64,000 nt of DNA, taken from contig OZ024760.1 in NCBI GenBank assembly GCA_964016885.1, forward strand, positions 21,514,001 through 21,578,000. The letters are read 5' to 3'. This stretch comes from Eledone cirrhosa (taxonomy: Eukaryota). Below the pieces are notes generated by a model, which was not told the DNA's origin, ran no database searches, and saw nothing but the letters and a program-made list of their open reading frames with translations. A program made the position numbers and the translations under genes. Positions 23,917-37,268 of this stretch are shown piece by piece (the stretch's first letter is position 1; each line of letters starts with the position of its first letter).

Positions 23917-26505
23917 TTTAATATATAAATATAATATTACACAGTCTGAAGATGTAGCTGTAGTTTAATATAAATATAATTGTTTCTACTTTTGGCACAA
24001 GGCCAGCAATTACCCAGTGCATTACTGGTACTTTATTTTATCGACCCCGTAAGGATGAAAGGCAAAGTTAACCTCGGCGGGATTTGTTTAATATAAATAT
24101 AATGTTATACAATCTGAAGGTGTAGCTGTAGTTTAATATAAATATAATTGTTTCTACTTTTGGCACAAGGCCAGCAATTACCCAGTGTATTACTGGTACT
24201 TTATTTTATCGACCCCGTAAGGATGAAAGGCAAAGTTAACCTCGGCGGGATTTGTTTAATATAAATATAATGTTATACAGTCTGAAGATGTAGCTATAGT
24301 TTAATATATATATATTGTTATACAGTCTGAAGATGTAGCTGTAGTTTAATATATATATATTGTTATACAGTCTGAAGATGTAGCTGTAGTTTAATATATA
24401 TATATTGTTACACAGTCTGAAGATGTAGCTATAGTTTAATGTATATATATAATATTACATAGTCTGAAGATGTAGCTATAGTTTAATGTATATATATAAT
24501 ATTACATAGTCTGAAGATGTAGCTGTAGTTTAATGTATATAATGTTACACAGTCTGAAGATGTAGCTGTAGTTTAATATATATATATAATGTTATACTAT
24601 CTGCAGATGTAGCTATAGTTTAATATATATATATAATGTTATACAGTCTGAAGATGTAGCTGTAGTTTAATATATATAATGTTACACAGTCTGAAGATGT
24701 AGCTGTAGTTTAATATATATATATTTTTACACAGTCTGAAGATGTAGCTGTAGTTTAATATAAATATATAATATTATACAGTCTGAAGATGTAGCTGTAG
24801 TTTAATGTATATATATAATATTACACAGTCTGAAGATGTAGCTGTAGTTTAATATAAATATGTTACACACTCTGAAGATGTAGCTGTAGTTTAATATATA
24901 TATAATATTACACAGCCTGAAGATGTAGCTGTAGTTTAATATATATATATTTTTACACAGTCTGAAGATGTAGCTGTAGTTTAATATATATATATAATAT
25001 TACACAGTCTGAAGATGTAGCTGTAGTTTAATGTATATATATAATATTACACAGTCTGAAGATGTAGCTGTAGTTTAATATATATATATTTTTACACAGT
25101 CTGAAGATGTAGCTATAGTTTAATATATATATATTTTTACACAGTCTGAAGATGTAGCTATAGTTTAATATATATATAATGTTATACAGTCTGAAGGTGT
25201 AGCTATAGTTTAATATATATATATTTTTACACAGTCTGAAGGTGTAGCTATAGTTTAATATATATATAATATTACACAGTCTGAAGGTGTAGCTGTAGTT
25301 TAATATATATATAATGTTATACAGTCTGAAGATGTAGCTATAGTTTAATATATATATATTTTTACACAGTCTGAAGATGTAGCTGTAGTTTAATATATAT
25401 ATAATGTTACACAGTCTGAAGATGTAGCTGTAGTTTAATATAAATATGTTACATAGTCTGAAGGTGTAGCTATAGTTTAATATATATATATTTTTACACA
25501 GTCTGAAGATGTAGCTATAGTTTAATATATATATATTTTTACACAGTCTGAAGATGTAGCTATAGTTTAATATAAATATAATGTTATACAATCTGAAGAT
25601 GTAACTGTAGTTTAATGTATATATATTTTTACACAGTCTGAAGGTGTAGCTGTAGTTTAATATATATATAATATTACACAGTCTGAAGGTGTAGCTGTAG
25701 TTTAATATATATATAATGTTATACAGTCTGAAGATGTAGCTATAGTTTAATATATATATATTTTTACACAGTCTGAAGATGTAGCTGTAGTTTAATATAA
25801 ATATAATGTTACATAGTCTGAAGATGTAGCTGTAGTTTAATATATATATAATGTTACACAGTCTGAAGATGTAGCTGTAGTTTAATATAAATATGTTACA
25901 TAGTCTGAAGGTGTAGCTATAGTTTAATATATATATATTTTTACACAATCTGAAGGTGTAGCTATAGTTTAATATATATATAATGTTATACAGTCTGAAG
26001 GTGTAGCTATAGTTTAATATATATATAATGTTATACAGTCTGAAGGTGTAGCTGTAGTTTAATATATATATAATGTTATACAGTCTGAAGATGTAGCTAT
26101 AGTTTAATATATATATATTTTTACAGTCTGAAGGTGTAGCTATAGTTTAATATATATATAATATTACACAGTCTGAAGGTGTAGCTATAGTTTAATATAT
26201 ATATAATATTACACAGTCTGAAGATGTAGCTGTAGTTTAATATATATATATTTTTACACAGTCTGAAGGTGTAGCTGTAGTTTAATATATATATAATGTT
26301 ATACAGTCTGAAGATGTAGCTATAGTTTAATATATATATATTTTTACAGTCTGAAGGTGTAGCTATAGTTTAATATATATATAATGTTACAATATCTGAA
26401 GGTGTAGTAGTTTAATCTATATATAATGTTACATAATCCGAAGGTGTAGCTATAGTTTAATCTATATATAATGTTACAGAGTCTGAAGATGTAGCTGTAG
26501 TATTA
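23917..26505. repeat. Expanded ~39-bp minisatellite (~2.3 kb) in the ZNF3 intron
   Basis: cagtctgaagatgtagctgtagtttaatatatatataatgttaca units; explains ORF 25028-25948. Confidence 0.95.
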
Positions 26506-26796
26506 GTAGTATACTAGACCACACATGGCCCATTGGGTCACATTTACTTCAAAATATTTAAAAAAAAATCATGTTTACTTAAAAATAATTTTTAAATTAA
26601 AATATACATAGACATGTATATGAAGTGAAAGGAAACTGGAAGGCCCATATATATATATATATACACCTGTATGTATGTATATATACATAAATGTGTGTGT
26701 GTGTATACTCATATATATATATATGTGGGTGTCTGTGACCTATATACCCTAACCCTACAATGCATATTTCCTATTATATATATATATATATATATA

Positions 26797-26990
26797 TAGG
26801 AACGAGTAGGACCCCGACGGCTGAGCTCAAGCCGTTTCGACGGCTAATTCTGGACTAAATGCCGTCGAAACGGCTTGAGCTCAGCCGTCGGGGGTCCTAC
26901 TCGTTCCTATTACCCACTCTACTACCCTAAGTATTGAGTACTTTGGTGCGTTATGGTCCACCTGGTTCCTTACAACATTTCCTTCGTTAT
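26797..26990. mobile_element. Palindromic PLE-like remnant with two half hammerheads and one full tail
   Basis: Arms 26797-26845 and 26861-26910; GAAA cggct-tgagctc-agccg TC; (TA)n on both sides. Confidence 0.65.
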
Positions 26991-26999
26991 ATATATATA

Positions 27000-27660
27000 T
27001 ATAAAGTTAAATATCTATCTATAAAGTATATATATATATGTTAAATATATATATGTTAAATAAAGTATATATATGTTAAATATATGTTAAATATCTATCT
27101 ATAAAGTATATATATATATGTTAAATATTTGTATTTTGTTAAATTAAAAATATATATATATCCATAAAGTTTATATATATATATATAAGTTAAATATTTG
27201 TATTTTGTAAAATTAAAAATATATATATATCCATAAAGTTTATATATATATATATATATAAGTTAAATATTTGTATTTTGTTAAATTAAAAATATATATA
27301 TATCCATAAAGTTTATATATATATATATAAGTTAAATATTTGTATTTTGTTAAATTAAAAATATATATATATCCATAAAGTTTATATATATATATAAGTT
27401 AAATATTTGTATTTTGTAAAATTAAAAATATATATATATCCATAAAGTTTATATATATATATATAAGTTAAATATTTGTATTTTGTTAAATTAAAAAAAT
27501 ATATATATCCATAAAGTTTATATATATATATATAAGTTAAATATTTGTATTTTGTTAAATTAAAAATATATATATATCCATAAAGTTTATATATATAAGT
27601 TAAATATTTGTATTTTGTAAAGTTAAATATTTGTATTTTGTAAAATTAAATATTTATATC
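27000..27660. repeat. AT-rich ~57-60 bp minisatellite
   Basis: aagttaaatatttgtattttgttaaattaaaaatatatatatatccataaagtttatata repeated. Confidence 0.9.
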
Positions 27661-28018
27661 TTGTAAAATATATATATCTAACCCACGCTACCGTGGAAAG
27701 TGGACGTTCAGCGATGATGATGTAAAGTTAGATATTTATATTTAGTTTATGAAAAAGGAAATGTAGTAAAATGTTCACCATTGTATCTCTACTTTATAGA
27801 TATTCTCTATATCTCATACTGTTTCTTTATTATTTCAGAATACCATATATAGACAAAACCAAGAAACATATCCTATATATATAGACAATGGACATAATAC
27901 AGTGATGATGATGATGATGATATATATATATATTGATGGCAGATAAGAAAATTAATCAGTAAATGAAATTTGTGGAAAAATTAATTTATGGATAGATTTT
28001 TTTTCCTGAAAAAAAAAA

Positions 28019-28882
28019 ATGTCAAAAGTTATAGGAAAATCATCTTACAACTGTGAGATCTGTGGTGAATCATTCTCTGGAAACAGAGACCTTACTACTC
28101 ACAAACATACACATATAGGTGATATACTTTATTACTGTGACATCTGTGGTAAATCATTCTCGCTCAATAGTAACTTAACTAGACATAAACGTATACATAC
28201 AGGAGAGAAGCCATATCACTGTGACATCTGTGGTAAATCGTTCTCTGAAAGCAGTAACTTAACTGACCATATACGTACACATACAGGTGAGAAACCATAT
28301 CACTGTGACATCTGTGGTAAATCATTCTCTGTATGTAGTAACTTAACTACTCACAAACGTATTCATACAGGAGAGAAGCCATATCACTGTGATATCTGTG
28401 GTATATCTTTCTCTAAGACATCTTCATTAACTACTCACAAACGTATTCATACAGGTGAGAAGCCATATCATTGTGATATCTGTGGTATATCATTCTCTGC
28501 AATTTCTTCCTTGACTTATCACAAACATATTCATACAGGAGAGAAGCCATATCACTGTGATATCTGTGGTATATCTTTCCCTCAGATATCGTCATTAACA
28601 ACTCACAAACGTATTCATACAGGAGAGAAACCATATCAATGTGATATCTGTGGTAAATCATTCGTAAGAAATAGTAACCTAACTACTCACAAACGTACTC
28701 ATACAGGAGAGAAGCCATATCACTGTGTTATCTGTGGTGTATCTTTCTCTCAGTTATCTTCATTAACTATTCACAAACGTACTCATACAGGAGAAAAGCC
28801 ACACCACTGTGTTATCTGTGGTAAATCATTCTCTCATAAAAATCAATTAACCAAACACATTTGTATTGATACAGAAAAATAA
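28019..28882 (+). CDS. Tandem C2H2 zinc-finger protein (ZNF3 here), 287 aa, 10 fingers; close paralogue of ZNF2
   Basis: Same N-terminus ([12 protein letters not shown]) and C-terminus ([12 protein letters not shown]) as ZNF2. Putative acceptor tttattatttcag ending at 27838. Confidence 0.92.
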   Translation: MSKVIGKSSYNCEICGESFSGNRDLTTHKHTHIGDILYYCDICGKSFSLNSNLTRHKRIHTGEKPYHCDICGKSFSESSNLTDHIRTHTGEKPYHCDICGKSFSVCSNLTTHKRIHTGEKPYHCDICGISFSKTSSLTTHKRIHTGEKPYHCDICGISFSAISSLTYHKHIHTGEKPYHCDICGISFPQISSLTTHKRIHTGEKPYQCDICGKSFVRNSNLTTHKRTHTGEKPYHCVICGVSFSQLSSLTIHKRTHTGEKPHHCVICGKSFSHKNQLTKHICIDTEK

Positions 28883-29479
28883 TTGCATCAATGTCAAAAG
28901 TTATGTTATGAAAGAAATACCTTATCTTTCTAATAATATTGAAAGTTTGTTTATCTCATAACATGTCTGATTAATATAAACATGTTGAGTTACCCGGCGT
29001 TGCACAGGTCATTAGAACTATCTCAGAAAAAGAATAACTGTGGAAATATAATGAAAAGAAACATTGACTGAAACAAAAGTATTATTAAACTTAAAATTTA
29101 CAAACATTTTCCATGTTTTAACTTCATAAATAAACAAATCAATATTCTTCCACCTCCTCCTTTCTTCTTCATAATCCCTTACACAAAGTGTCTCTATATC
29201 TGTATGTAGTCACAGCAAGCACATGGCTTAGTGGTTAAAGAATTGGATTCATAATCATGAGGTTGTGAGTTTGATTTCCAGACCAAGCTTTCTGTTATAT
29301 CCTTGAGCAAGACACTTTATTTCACATTGTTCCTTCTGCTACACATTGTGATCTGTAGAAAGTATCAAAAATGGAAACATTGTTCCCAATATTTGATTTT
29401 AAAAATTCCACCCCACAAGCTAAGTGAGTGAGGTCTGGAAACTTGGCAATCCATTAAAAATACATTCAATATGTATATG

Positions 29480-29690
29480 TGAAGGCGCGTGGCTGAGTAG
29501 TTTCAGAATTGGACTTGCAATCGTGAGGTTGATCCCCGGACCGAGTGATATGTTATGTCCTTGAGCAAGACACTTTATTTCACGTTGCTTCTTCTACCTG
29601 GAATTGCGACCGATAGATAGTATTAGCAATTGGAAAGACCAATGGAAACATTGTTTCCTCAGCCCGATTTGATGAAAGTCGATCGACTAT
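29480..29690 (+). mobile_element. tRNA-derived CORE-like SINE variant (also 29218-29400 + and 38090-38300 -)
   Basis: gaaggcgcgtggctgagt head and ccttgagcaagacactttatttcac core, with a different tail from family A. Confidence 0.65.
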
Positions 29691-29849
29691 ATATATATAT
29701 TAATAATAATAAATGTGAGGACTGAAATCCAAAGAGGGCTCGAAAAGGATAAATATATATCAGATATATAAGAACCGTAGAGCAAATATTTATTAAAATA
29801 ACAGATTAAAGTTTAAGCAAAGAATCGAAACTTTAATCTGTTATTTTAA

Positions 29850-29936
29850 TAAATATATATATATATAATAAATATATATATATAATAAATATATATATAT
29901 ATAATAAATATATATATATATATATAATAAATATAT

Positions 29937-29970
<34 letters not shown>

Positions 29971-30206
29971 ATATATATATAATATATATAATATAAATAT
30001 ATATAAATAATATATATATAATATAAATATATATAAATAATATATATATAATATAATATATAATATATATATATATATATATAATATATATATATATATA
30101 TAATATATATATATAATATATATATATAATATATAATATATATATATATAATATATATATATATATAATATATAATATATATATATATATATAATATATA
30201 ATATAT

Positions 30207-30238
<32 letters not shown>

Positions 30239-30260
30239 ATATATAATATATATATATATA

Positions 30261-30301
<41 letters not shown>

Positions 30302-30362
30302 ATATATATATATATATATAATATATAATATATATATATTAACGAATATAATATATATATAT
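29850..30362. repeat. (TA)n/(TATAA)n microsatellite
   Basis: Almost pure A/T tract. Confidence 0.95.
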
Positions 30363-30374
30363 TAACAACGAATA

Positions 30375-31765
30375 TAGTGAAGAGTTTAGCGTAAAAGTTG
30401 GTGTTCATCAGGGCTCCGTTCTTAGCCCCCTACTATTTATTATTGCCCTTCAGGCTATAACAGTGGAGTTCAAGACCGGCTGCCCATGGGAACTCCTATA
30501 CGCAGACGATCTAACGCTCATAGCTGAATCAATGGCCGAACTAGAGAAGAAATTCCAAACATGGAAGCATGGCCTAGAAGCAAAAGGCCTTAAAATTAAC
30601 CTGTCTAAGACTAAAGTTCTAGTTTGTAGGAAGGAAAATAGGGTGCCGGTCCCATCGGGGAAATGGCCATGCTCAGTGTGTAGGAAAGGAGTAGGTAGAA
30701 ACTCCATTTTATGTCCCAAATGCAAAGTATGGGTGCATAAAAGATGTAGTGGGATCACAGGTAAGCTAACTAAGAACATAGATTTTTTATGTGGCCGGTG
30801 CTCTGGTGCAATAAGTAGCAGCAAGTGCCCACAGAATACTAGCTCATTCCATTGCACAGATGGTTCTATAGAAATAGTGGACAGCTTCCGTTACCTGGGT
30901 GACAAAATCAGCAGTGGAGGAGGGTGCTCTGAAAGTACAGTAGCCAGAGTCAGAACTGGATGGAAAAAGTTCAGAGAGCTTATACCACTATTAGCCGCTA
31001 AAGGGTTCTCCATAAAAATGAAAGGCAGGCTGTATGATGCCTGCATACGAACAGCAATGTTGCATGGCTGTGAGACCTGGGCATTGTGTGCAGAGGATAT
31101 GCGCAGACTAGAGAGGAACGAAGCTTGCATGCTCCGCTGGATGTGTAATAGTAATATACGCGAACGGCAAAGCATAAACGAACTAAGGGAAAAATTAGAA
31201 ATAAGAGGGATCAGATGTTGTTTACTCGAGAGAAGACTACGTTGGTATGGTCACGTGATGCACATGAAAGATGACAGCTGTATAAAAAAGTGCAGGGCAA
31301 TAAAAATAGACGGTAGCCCCAGAAAAACCTGGGACGACTTGATAAATTCCGACCTCACACACTTACACCTCTCCAAGACAATGTCACTGGACCGAGATCT
31401 TTGGCGCTACACAGTAATAGAGAAGACCCGCCTTGCCTAAGTACAAAGCGAAACCTACAGTCAGTAGGCACCTCTAACAAAACACACCCCCGTCCCACTA
31501 CCCCCACACCACCCCTTTCAATGTAAAGTTATGTTGGTACCACAACATCCAGCCCGAAACAAATGAGGTCGTGTAGGTAACACGGTAAAAACCTCCCAGT
31601 TCCACACTGTAAATGTGGTTGGTGTTAGGGAGGGCATCCAGCCGTAGAAAAACCCGCCAGACAGTCCTATGCGAGCAAGACAACCACTCTTGCTTCAAGT
31701 GGGAAAACTCCCGTCCAAACCCATGCAAGCGTGGAATATGGACGTTAAACGATGATGATGATGAT
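30375..31765 (+). mobile_element. 5'-truncated RTE-clade LINE (RT with in-frame PHD finger), ORF open to 31440, full 3' UTR and (GAT)n tail
   Basis: GVHQGSVLSPLLF, LLYADD, FRYLG, RRLRWYGHV motifs. Confidence 0.92.
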
Positions 31766-32675
31766 ATATAATATATATATATATATAATATAACTTATAT
31801 TTATATGACCGTGAAATACAACACCACGTTGAGGTACAGTACTGGCTAAACAAAACTATCGTTTAAATAATTATTGCTGACATTATGGAGAGAAACAAAC
31901 ATAAAATGTTTCAATAAAACTGTTCAACATAAAATAAAGCTTTACTTTACCTCCGTGAATATACAACATCAGTGGCGTGGAGGAAAGGCTGATTACGTTT
32001 TGCGAGGGTCAATAAAAAAACACACGCACCTGTATGTATATAGACCATTATGCAAAAGAGTACTCGATACATAATATTGTGTATACCGTCACCAACTCCA
32101 AACGGTGGGTTTTAAGTCCAGCTACAGATTTACACGGTATGACAGACAGAAATGTGCCCTCTAATGGGTTGATTGGGATAGTGTTGCATATACACTGGCT
32201 TTTCATGAGATTTTAAATGAGTGATGTACCTAATTGGATAAGAAGTTTAGAGATCTACACTCACTGTTGACAACAAAATGTTTCTCTCTACGGACAAGAG
32301 GATGTATGTATCTAGTGATGAATGTGTTAACATGAATACAGTATCCAAAAATCATGTCACCGATTCAATTCATCGAAAAAGTATGGTTTATCTACAGAAT
32401 AAGGTTTATAGAGAGATAACAGAATAAGGTTTATAGAGATATAACAGATTGTATGTGTGTAGAGAGAAGCTCGAGATATATTTCTTAGAATGTATGTATA
32501 AAGTGTCAAGATGGCTTAGTTAAGTTTCTTTATGTATGTATGTATATATATATATATATAAGGAATTTATATCTAGTAACATTTATATACACACAGATGC
32601 ATACCAATGCTAGCAAATATATAGGTTTTGTCTTATTAACAATGTGGTTCAATGCATGGGGTTGCAGAACAATAA

Positions 32676-32755
32676 TATGAGAGACGTAAAATAAGAAAAT
32701 TATAAAATTAACTTACTTACTAAGTAAGTTAATTTTATAATTTTCTTATTTTACG

Positions 32756-32765
<10 letters not shown>
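32676..32765. repeat. Near-perfect ~90-bp palindrome abutting (TA)n
   Basis: atatgagagacgtaaaataagaaaattataaaattaacttactta c taagtaagttaattttataattttcttattttacgtctctcatat. Confidence 0.9.
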
Positions 32766-32816
<51 letters not shown>

Positions 32817-32969
32817 TTTAGTTATAATGCCTAGTCTTTTTATCTTAAATGTAGCTGAGAAGATTTACTTTATTATAAGAACATATATATAAAAGGTAGT
32901 GTTACAGGAAAGAAAACATTACATACCTCTTTGAACGTAATATCCAGAATGATGGGTTTTTTTTTCGAA

Positions 32970-33242
32970 AAAGTATGGCTTAGCAAGTATATACGTAGTG
33001 TTGAGATGGTTTAGAAGGTGTGTATATAGTGTTGAGATGACTTAGTAAGTATATATATAATGTCGAGATGGGTTAGAAAGTTTGTATATAATGTCGAGAT
33101 GTATAGAAAGTATGTATATAATGTCGAAATGACTTAGAAAGTGTGTATATAGTGTGAGGTGGCTTAGAAGGTATGTATATAATATCGAGATAGTCTAGAA
33201 AGTATGTATATAATGTTGAAATGACTTACTAAGTGTGTATAT
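32970..33242. repeat. Diverged ~30-bp minisatellite
   Basis: gtatgtatataatgtcgagatggcttagaaa-like units, about 9 copies. Confidence 0.8.
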
Positions 33243-34189
33243 TTTTTTAGCTTAAAAGAAAGCATGAGGGTTATTGAAAGTGTGTATATAATAAAATGTA
33301 TAGAGAGAAGGTTTAGATAGTATACAGCAAAGAAAACAAAGTTCTACAAAGGGGAATTAACTCTAAATAAAGGGAGATAACTCTAATCAAATTTACACAA
33401 AAAAATCGATTGTTCGCGAGATAACACGACATATTCCGAGTGTTACTTCACTGTCATTCCGTTTCTATATATATAACAGGATATCCAAAGAGAAACTACT
33501 AGTAATTTGTACATATATATACAGAACAATTAATAATTAAGTAAATATACTTACTTCAAGATGGGAATAAAAAATAGATGCAAGCCATCGATATATGTAT
33601 TGATTAAACTTAAATTTAGTATATATATAAAGTTAAGATAAAGCATGTTCTAAGCTTATCATCAGTTTCCTTAGAGTTAAGTGTCTGAGAACAAAGACTC
33701 ACTCTGGACAGGACATCAGCTGAGTGTAATGGAGCAACGTGAAATAAAATGTTTTTATGCCATATTTTAGACTGAAAAGATAACAAAGATGGCGAGGTGT
33801 TAAAAAGGGACCACCAAAAGAGATGTAGTGATAACAATATTTTAATTTGTATTAACAAGGAGGTAAAATAGACAATCAAAAGAGGTGGTGTATTTTTGTT
33901 AGTAGTGACGAGAATGGTGGGGGGGGGGTGTGTGAAAGGGGCTACTGAACTGTAATGACAAGAATGATAGGGGGGGGGGGTTTAAAAAGGACCACAACAG
34001 GGACTGTAGTGATAATAAGAATGGGAGGAAGTGAAATAAGGACTCCCAAATGTCTGCAATGGTAATAAAGGATGGGAGAGGCCATAGTGTAAAAGGACCC
34101 CTAAGACTGATAAGTCATAATAAGGATGAGGGGGTGATAGTGGTGTGAAAGGGGTGGTGGAGCTGGTGGGAATATTAACGCGCTTGCAT

Positions 34190-34900
34190 TTCCCAGACTC
34201 ACATACAAACATGGTTTAATACATTTATGAGCTTGCTCTGTGAAACGCTCATGGTACCAGCAAATATTAGATGAAGAGGCAGGAGAAAAGGAATGTCGTC
34301 TAGGTGAAGATGAACGACTGAATGACAGTTGTCGACGTTGGTGAGAATCCTGAGTAGCACATAATTTCTTTACTTCCCTTGTTAAATCCTGGATAGCCTG
34401 TAAAGTACCTGAATTAGAGTCCAAAGAAGTAACTGCTACTGTAGCAGGAGAAGAATAAACAGCAGATAGTACGTCATTACTTCTGTTTCTAGAATATTCC
34501 ACAATCTTGTCAGTGAAAGAAGCCAACTGATCAACGCTACTGACCTCCTTGATAGGGGCAAACATGGCCTGTACATGTTTCAGCATAGAATTGTCCTCTG
34601 AAGAGCTTTCAGGAAGCTCCTACATTCTACGTTTATGATGCAGAAACACTTCTCAGCAGAAAGAGACGTCCTCCAGAGAATTTCAGCTTTAATGATAAAT
34701 AAGAGGCAAATTTAGGTGTACTGGTAATAAGAACCTTTAGAGTAGCTGACAACGATGAAGGAATGGCACTAAGTAAAATATGTAGTCGTTGTTGCTCCGA
34801 AGTAATACCATTTGCTGTAAAGTATGATTCCATCTACACAAACCACACTCTTACATCACCATTGAATGCTGGCAAAGAAGAGTGATTCATACTTGCAAAG
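34190..34900 (-). mobile_element. Ty3/Gypsy gag remnant
   Basis: LPAFNGDVRVWFV*MESYFTANGITSEQQR and ICWYHERF.EQAHKCIKPC zinc knuckle; contains stops and frameshifts. Confidence 0.8.
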
Positions 34901-35159
34901 AGATGCAGTCTGTATGGAATAAAAAAGAGGCAAGCAAGGTCCTCAAAGCAAAGGATCGACCAGTATGACAAAAATAATATCCTCAGCAACTTGTTTCATT
35001 TTCCTTTCGAATTTCTTCTAACACAAATTGAAAGCAAAGAAGGATTAAAATTTTTACCAATGGCGGTGAGCGGGAAAAAATTAAGCTTCAGCAAGACGGA
35101 ACCTGAGCGCATGCATAACACACACCAAAAAGAAAAATCGCAGCGATAAAATAGTACTA

Positions 35160-37268
35160 TCATGTCTCGCTACAGATTTTACCAGGTGATCTTGCTGCTA
35201 ACTGCTCAGAAACAAACCCTGTCTCAATACTGAGGCACATTTCATACATATATTTTTCATCTGAGCTTAAAGTATCGACAACTTCTAATGGTAATTCCTT
35301 CACTTTAGTTTTTACAAGAGAAAATTTGATTATCTTTAAGTTTGTAATATCTTCTTTAATTTTATTGCCAATTAAGTCTTTTGATGTTCATGGTCCTGTT
35401 GTTTTTCCATTTATGGATTCAAATACATCTCGAAACAGAAGCTCATTTGTATGTAGCAGGCATATCAGCCACAGAAGTGGTTTTTTTAAAGTATAATTCA
35501 ATTATTTTAATTACCCCCTCCTAAATGACCAGTGTTTACTGGAGTACCATCACATAATACAGCCTTTAAACTTTCTTGACTGTCAGAATCAATTAAAAAA
35601 GTAATAATTTCTTCTGTAATGCAACAAGCTGTTCCATTATCTGGAGAAACGTGATCTAAATACTCATCACTGGGCTCTTTCACAATAACATAGTGCTCTT
35701 CACTCTCCATCCATCTTGCTGTTTTATTTTTATCCTTTCTCCATCAAAACTGATGCAGTCGAGCTTTGTATTTTCTGTTTTCATTTTTATAATATTGTTT
35801 TTTCCAACTCTTTTCTTCCTCTTTCAACGTTTTTCTTATCTAGCCTATTTGTATCATTTAAAATTACAATATTTCTCAAAGCTGCATTAACAATGGCAGA
35901 AACAGCTCTACAACTTTCAAGATATCTGTCTGCTGTGATAACTAGATTCTCATAAGTAAATCTGTTTTGTTGGTTTTCTCTCAGTTCATTGTCAGGAACA
36001 AAGTCGATGTCATCGTCATCATTGTCACGAGTCACAATTATCTTCATTAATATCAATTGAACAATGATAACTAGTTGAAGCAACATACATGTCTAAGCGC
36101 ATCTTTGCTTTCCTGTTTTCAAATCTTTCCGCTCTTTCTGCAGTTCTTTTTCTACCTGAAGTTATTTCTCTATCTAGAGGCCCTAACTGATATCTTTTTT
36201 TTCTGTCCAACAAATGATTCCCATTCCATTATTGGTATTCTATGTCCTACAGTCAGATATTTTTATTTATTTGTCATAACACGTGCAGATGCATATATAA
36301 AACATTTCATTGAACTCCTCTAATTTCTTATCAAAACTATCTCCTCTTTGTTTGATAGGTATTTTCTTTAATTTATAAGCAGATTTAACCAATCTCTCAA
36401 TTTTTAGAGCTATTCCCTCAAAAATAAGGAACAATCCGGTAGCATTCTTTCGCTGTGGATGAAGATTTTGACATCTGTTCTTCACGTTTTCTTATGTATA
36501 AATAATGTCGGAATACATCAACTTTAAGAAATTCTGCAGGAAATCCAAATTCTGAATTATGCCCTTTACTTCTAGTTGCCATTATATTGGCAGTATCAGT
36601 AGAGGGTTGGACGCCATGCTTTCTAGCATAGTTACGTCCCTTTACAGTCTGAGTTCAAATCCCGCCGAGGTTAACTTTACCTTTCATCCTTACGGGGGTC
36701 GATAAAATAAAGTACTAGTAATGCACTGGGGTAATTGCTGGCCTTGTGCCTAAAGTAGAAACAATTATATAATTTTATATACTTAAATTATTACAGTTTA
36801 AATTTATGTAGGTATTTTTGTAAAATTATAATACAATTTAGTTCTGAAAAACAAAAGAAAATCATTTAACAAATGTATGCATTTTCTAAAAAAAAAATTC
36901 ATTTAACACATTGAAAAGTTGTAATTTGACCATGTTGGAGGGGTACCTACCTACCAATTGTCTTATATCTCAAAGTTTTTGCTATCTTTACTCATAAGAT
37001 GTTTTAAACAAGGTTTCTACAGTGAAATATGATCAAATGTTTCATATCCATAAGCAATTTAGTATATATGTGTTAGAGATTATATGATTAATATAGAAAA
37101 TTAGGGTATTTAATTGTGTGTGTGTGTGTGGGGTGGGGGGGGGGGGGGTCACATAACCCTAATTTTCGAATATTTTATTTAAAATACTATTTGAAATTAA
37201 GGTTCCTTAAAAATGCATACCATGGAATTAAGGTTCCTTAAAAATGGTTGTGTTTCGACTCCCCCTAA
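35160..37268 (-). mobile_element. hAT-superfamily (hATm-like) DNA transposon, decayed, 3'-truncated
   Basis: EEHYVIVKEPSDEYLDHVSP..G.A...LKAVLCDGTPVNTG..GG..LWLICLLHTNEL motifs; start MATRSK near 36583; possible terminus ttagggggagtcgaaa at 37268. Confidence 0.7.

Noticed and set aside
23917-26505. CTGAAGA in every 39-bp unit suggested a ribozyme array or CRISPR-like array
   Set aside because: No GAAA/stem III/stem I partner and no unique spacers; an ordinary minisatellite.
33635-33670. CTGATGA taagctta GAAC atgc on the minus strand
   Set aside because: 2-nt loop II, no GAAA, poor stem I; compatible with chance.
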